Assembly: GCA_047967505.1 (NCBI GenBank)
Contig: CM106538.1
Length of the DNA stretch: 64,000 nt
Reading direction: 5' to 3' (one strand)
Source: Dipteris shenzhenensis
Lineage: Eukaryota
Below are positions 62,359-64,000 of this stretch, in pieces. The notes beneath the pieces are model-generated. The model made no database searches and was not told the DNA's origin. It saw nothing but the letters and a program-made list of their open reading frames with translations. Position 1 is the first letter of the stretch; every line of letters starts with the position of its first letter. Position numbers and translations under genes: made by a program.

Positions 62359-63159
62359 ATCTCCAAGGAGGGGGGGGAACAAGAGCCACACCAAACAAAC
62401 TCAAAAAAAAAAAGGGGAGAAAAAAAGGAACTAAAAAAAATTGTTTGGAAGTGGGCCGTTTTTGTTTGACACCTTTCAACCCTTGGGAAACATGTTTTGT
62501 GGTCACTATGTGCGTATTGCTCTCGCAGCATCATTTTATTAACTTTGTTTGCCAACAAACTATCCCTTTGGCATACTCTTTTGATTTGTTTGTTTACTAT
62601 GGATTACAATCCTTGATGTGAGTGAATTTTCCGAGTATTTGAGAATAAACTTATAAATCAAAGGGTTTCAATTAGTCAATTGTTTTAGAGAATGTAAATG
62701 CTTTATTGTAGGAGGATGATAAAATAAGAAATAAATCTCACCATCTCAAAGTGGAAGTCGTATTCTATCCGTTGCTTTGTGAGATCAATGTTGCAAGTTT
62801 TAAACCAACCATGTGAGACCCCTATTGGACTTGTTGGGCCCTCTTCTTTCTTTCTTGTGCTAGTAGGCAGCGCTTTTGTTTGACAAAGGGGTAGAGATTT
62901 AGAAGCTAACCTTTTGGTGTCGCCAAGAGGGGTTCATATGCTAGCATCCTTGATACCCTCAACCATCTGGATCTCTTTGTCCCCAGAGGACAAACAATAG
63001 GTATAGAAAGCTTCTCTCTTCCTTCAAGATTGAGAAAGAGGCATGGTGGTGGAGCACATTTGTGTGCCTTACCCCCACGCAACCACAGGTTTGAGATTGG
63101 GTCTAGTCGTCTTGGTGAATCAGAGCCTAGTTTACCTTGGACCTCATTAGGTTTTTTCA

Positions 63160-63560
63160 TCCCACCTTTTCATACTGGATGATATTAGATGATGCATCAT
63201 CACACACTAAGCCTTAAGGTATCCCCATTATGTTGTGCTTCCTAGGCCTCCCCAAGGAGTATAGAGCCATTTTGTCTTTCATGGGGCCGCGCTCGAGACA
63301 TTGACATCAGCCTCGGTGACGTCAGACAGTGGAGTCCCGAAGGTGTGGTTTACTGTAGACAACTTGGATATCCTACGAGAGTAGGTACTTCTAGAGACCT
63401 TGGGAGATGTCTTCAGACACCAGGCTGAGGTTTCAAGTCTACCAGGGTAGTTTATACGTTATAGATGGATGAGCCACCTGTGCCCATGCTTCGTGAGCGG
63501 TCTGTCTTGTTTGCCTAGGGTCCCGTGCATAATCAACAACAGGACATGGGACACAGGACC
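63160..63560 (+). mobile_element. L1 ORF1 remnant, same family as 23030-23400
   Basis: Shared ggagtatagagccat block and flanking similarity. Confidence 0.65.
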
Positions 63561-64000
63561 CTGTCCCCACCTAGTTGAGAGCCAAAGACGTCTTGGTTTA
63601 AACCCCCTGGGTCATCCTGTGGGAGGGGGTTTGGAGTCTGGACTAGAAAGAAAAAGTTTATTAAAATTATTCGAAAAACCAAGGGGTCAATGAGACTAAA
63701 AGAACGTAGTGAGCTGAGGGGTGGAGCCACTAAGCCAAAACCAACACCCATGAAGAAGGCCAAAGGGTCTATGAGACTAAAGGAACTGATACAATGAATT
63801 CTAGTCTTGTTCTCTACCATCTCGGACAAAGTCGCCATGTCGGAATGAAGAGGACGATGAACTGAAAGAGAAAATGGATGGGATAGAAGGGAACCAAGGG
63901 TTGAAGAAAGGAGAAGGCGGAAGAAGAGGATGAAGGAGCTGAGAGCCCAATGTACCTTCACACCTCACTTTCCGACCCTTGGAAACACCTCCTCTCTGAT

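Noticed and set aside
61577-62558. Long overlapping ORFs (194-229 aa)
   Set aside because: They lie in a GC-rich LTR and poly-C tract, have no domain signature, and are not preserved in the sister LTR.

Overview
Eukaryotic land-plant nuclear DNA. The whole window lies inside one + strand gene, the Strawberry-notch/FORGETTER1 (FGT1/EMB1135) orthologue. Sixteen GT-AG exons (2975-48612; 1821 bp, 607 codons) splice into one uninterrupted frame carrying the helicase-like P-loop ([10 protein letters not shown]), DECH and SAT motifs and the PHD finger. The gene's 5' and 3' exons lie outside the window. Introns are bimodal: eleven are 91-231 bp, and the rest are 1.6, 4.6, 10.5, 25.7 and >15 kb. The large introns are packed with nested Ty1/copia LTR elements (three with perfect 5-bp TSDs), L1 remnants, RTEX-like LINEs and a Penelope-like (Chlamys/Naiad-type) RT fragment. 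The most unusual signals are: dense CCGTAC (SBP/SPL-type) arrays recurring in several different LTR elements; W-box and DRE-core arrays in other LTRs; a young 2.2-kb mini LTR element with an intact zinc-knuckle ORF; and retroelement clades atypical of angiosperms. A large-genome seed-free plant such as a fern is an inference only. All coordinates and counts were read by eye; boundaries of degenerate remnants are approximate.
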